DNA of 64,000 bases from an uncultured Bacteriovoracaceae bacterium. GTDB taxonomy: Bacteria; Bdellovibrionota; Bacteriovoracia; Bacteriovoracales; Bacteriovoracaceae. A program made the translations under genes and the position numbers. The notes under the pieces were generated by a model. It did not search any database and had not been told where the DNA came from. It saw only the letters and a program-made list of their open reading frames with translations. The stretch spans positions 1 through 64,000 of the forward strand of contig CAXGUD010000011.1 in NCBI GenBank assembly GCA_964012805.1. Reading direction: 5' to 3'. Shown here one piece after another: positions 61,834-64,000 of this stretch (positions are counted from its first letter, which is position 1; the number at the start of each line of letters is the position of its first letter).

Positions 61834-64000
61834 AATTAACTATTCATAGAGAAGATGAAATTTATCGAGTTGTTGATTTTGGTAAAAATTTAGACTTGGA
61901 CCTAGGTTCAGAGTTTTCTTGTTTTTTAGGCAGATCTAATGATTGCTATGTACAATTAGATAGTCGACAGATTTCAAGAGAGCACTTAAAAATTACATTC
62001 AGAAGTGGGATATGGTTAGTTGAGGATGTTTCAAAAAGTTTACCACTAATTGTAAATGGAAACCAAGTTAGTCAGTTTAATCCAAAGAATGGAGACTCTG
62101 TTAAGTTAGGTGAGTTTACATTTTATCTAAACGTGGAATCTTTTGATGATAAATCACCAAATTCTATATCTAAAGTAAGCGAAAGGCTCGATGAAGAAAA
62201 TAAAAATGAATCAAAAGAAAATATAAAGCAAAGACCAGATACTGATGAAGATAATATCCAGGAACTAAATAGCCATGAAGAAGAATCTGGGGAAGGTGTT
62301 AAAGAAGATAATACCAACTTTGATGATGATAGTTCTGAATTTAGTGGAGATAATTTAGAAGATAATGAGCAACAACCGAATGAAGAATATGATGAATATC
62401 AATCTAATGAAGATTCAGGTAGTGATTATAGTGACGGAAGCTTGGAGGATAGTAATCAATTTCAAGAAGAAGATGATACTTATAATGAAATGGATGAGTT
62501 TTCTAATGATGATTCTTCAGAAAAGACAGACCCATTTGGAAGTTTTTTAAAATTCGAGTTGATGTTGCAGGGAGATTTCGCACCTTTTGAAAAATTCTCT
62601 TTAGGTGATGGAGAGTTTTATATAGGTAGAAATAAGGAAAAATGCCAAATAGTTTTAGATGATAAAAAAGTTAGCAATGTTCATGCTTTAATCAAAAAAT
62701 CCAATGTAAAAGTAAAAATAGAAGATAATAAATCTGGGAATGGTACTTTACTTAATGGTCAGAGGATTAATTCTGCTGATTTGAAAGATGGAGATGTTTT
62801 CCAAATCGGCGATACTTTTTTTAAATTGAGTGCTCTTTCAGAATTGATAGCACAGGAAGAAGACAGATTAATGCCTGTTGAGCAAAATCAATTTATAGAA
62901 GTTGAAGAAGTAGTTGAAGTTGAAAGTACATTTGGTGATGAAGATGATGATGAAGATGATGATGCAGATGAAAGTGAGATAGAAAAAAGTGATGAAAAAA
63001 GTTTAATAAAAAAGATATTAAATGATCCTGAGAAAAGAAAAAAAGCAATCTTTGGAATTGTTGGCCTTTTAGCTTTAGTTTTACTTTTACCAACTGAGGA
63101 TACCAAAGATAGCAAGCGTAAAAAAGCAAGAACTCCAGCCTCAAAAATAAAAAAGAAAAAAGAAAAGGTTAAAAAAGATATTTACACAAAAGAGCAAAAA
63201 GAGTTTCTTGAAGGAAATTATTTGTTGTCTCAAACTTTATATGAACAGGGGAAGTATAGGGAAACTATTCGTGTTCTCGAGTCTGTTTTCCAAACAACGA
63301 AAGGAAAAGACTATAAGAATGCTAAACAAATTAGATCACTTGCTAAAAAAGGGTTAGCGGAATTAGAAGAAATTGAAAGAAAGAGAAAAATAGAGGAAGA
63401 AAAAAGAATTAGAATGAAAAAAGTATCTGATCTCGTTGAGAAAGCGAAAGAAGCTGTTAAAGAGAAGCAGGTTTCAGTTGCTGCAACAATATTTAATACA
63501 ATTTTAGAGTTGGATCCAGAAAATTATGATGTTCCACAGTTAAAAGCGGAAATCGATTCTTGGAGTGCTGAGATAAGGGCTAAAGAAGCAGAGGAATCAA
63601 GAAAAATGGCGGAAAGGTCAAATAAAGTATCAAAGCTTCAGCCAGGAAAGACTTTTTATTTAAAGGAAAATTGGTACAAGGCAATCAAAAAATTAGAAGA
63701 GTTTCTGAAAATAGATTATATGGATGAGGATTTGGTTCAGGAAGGCTCTAAAATGTTAGCAGAATCAAAAAAGAATCTTGATAATATTTTAAAACCTTTG
63801 TTAAGAAAAGCAGAAAGGATGAAAGAGGCTAGGGACTTGAAAACAGCCTATAAAATTTATAATAAAATTCTCGATCATGACCCTGAAAATGAAAAAGCTC
63901 TTAATGAGATGGGCAATATTAGAGACGATCTTTTTTATAGAGCAAGGAGAATATATAGAGACGCTTTGATTGATGAGAGTCTCAGTTTTTTTAAAGAAGC
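61830..64000 (+). CDS. Double-FHA, single-TM, TPR protein (more than 720 aa, runs off the window; not in the ORF track)
   Basis: Manual translation from GTG 61830 is open to the window end: FHA1 (LGRSNDC...ISREH), ~130-aa acidic linker, FHA2 (IGRNKEKC...VSNVH...SGNGTLLNG), TM AIFGIVGLLALVLLL, and TPR-like repeats (ILELDPEN, ILDHDPEN). Confidence 0.88.
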   Translation, partial: MKLTIHREDEIYRVVDFGKNLDLDLGSEFSCFLGRSNDCYVQLDSRQISREHLKITFRSGIWLVEDVSKSLPLIVNGNQVSQFNPKNGDSVKLGEFTFYLNVESFDDKSPNSISKVSERLDEENKNESKENIKQRPDTDEDNIQELNSHEEESGEGVKEDNTNFDDDSSEFSGDNLEDNEQQPNEEYDEYQSNEDSGSDYSDGSLEDSNQFQEEDDTYNEMDEFSNDDSSEKTDPFGSFLKFELMLQGDFAPFEKFSLGDGEFYIGRNKEKCQIVLDDKKVSNVHALIKKSNVKVKIEDNKSGNGTLLNGQRINSADLKDGDVFQIGDTFFKLSALSELIAQEEDRLMPVEQNQFIEVEEVVEVESTFGDEDDDEDDDADESEIEKSDEKSLIKKILNDPEKRKKAIFGIVGLLALVLLLPTEDTKDSKRKKARTPASKIKKKKEKVKKDIYTKEQKEFLEGNYLLSQTLYEQGKYRETIRVLESVFQTTKGKDYKNAKQIRSLAKKGLAELEEIERKRKIEEEKRIRMKKVSDLVEKAKEAVKEKQVSVAATIFNTILELDPENYDVPQLKAEIDSWSAEIRAKEAEESRKMAERSNKVSKLQPGKTFYLKENWYKAIKKLEEFLKIDYMDEDLVQEGSKMLAESKKNLDNILKPLLRKAERMKEARDLKTAYKIYNKILDHDPENEKALNEMGNIRDDLFYRARRIYRDALIDESLSFFKE

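Noticed and set aside
53639..64000. Apparently lower GC in the last 10 kb as evidence of a genomic island
   Set aside because: No integrase, transposase, tRNA target or flanking repeats. Lys/Asn/Ile-rich proteins can explain the composition, and GC was not computed.

Overview
AT-rich bacterial chromosomal segment with no sign of mobile elements. The gene content and protein style suggest Bdellovibrionota (Bacteriovoracia-like); this is an inference, not a database result. Bases 1-29.5 kb hold the core information-processing supercluster: 3' part of tuf, tRNA-Trp, secE-nusG-rplKAJL-rpoBC, rpsL-rpsG-fusA, and the S10/spc/alpha operons. rpmG, a second tuf, rpsN, map and rpsD are missing from their usual positions, and the str-operon EF-G has lost its conserved domain IV loops. 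Bases 29.5-45 kb hold a TlpA thioredoxin, a sigma54 activator, a propionyl-CoA carboxylase operon running into hflKC, methylmalonyl-CoA mutase plus meaB, an M16 peptidase and hemW. Then come grpE-dnaK-dnaJ, an LpoA/LppC-like lipoprotein, an unannotated 36-aa highly basic small ORF, a stand-alone mreB followed by a PilZ protein, and Opp/Dpp permeases with nagZ. The window ends in a Tad/FHA operon resembling predation-associated Kil-like systems: TadC fused to an N-terminal Cys-rich Sel1-like domain, a DUF192-like protein, and three membrane-anchored FHA proteins, the last running off the window.
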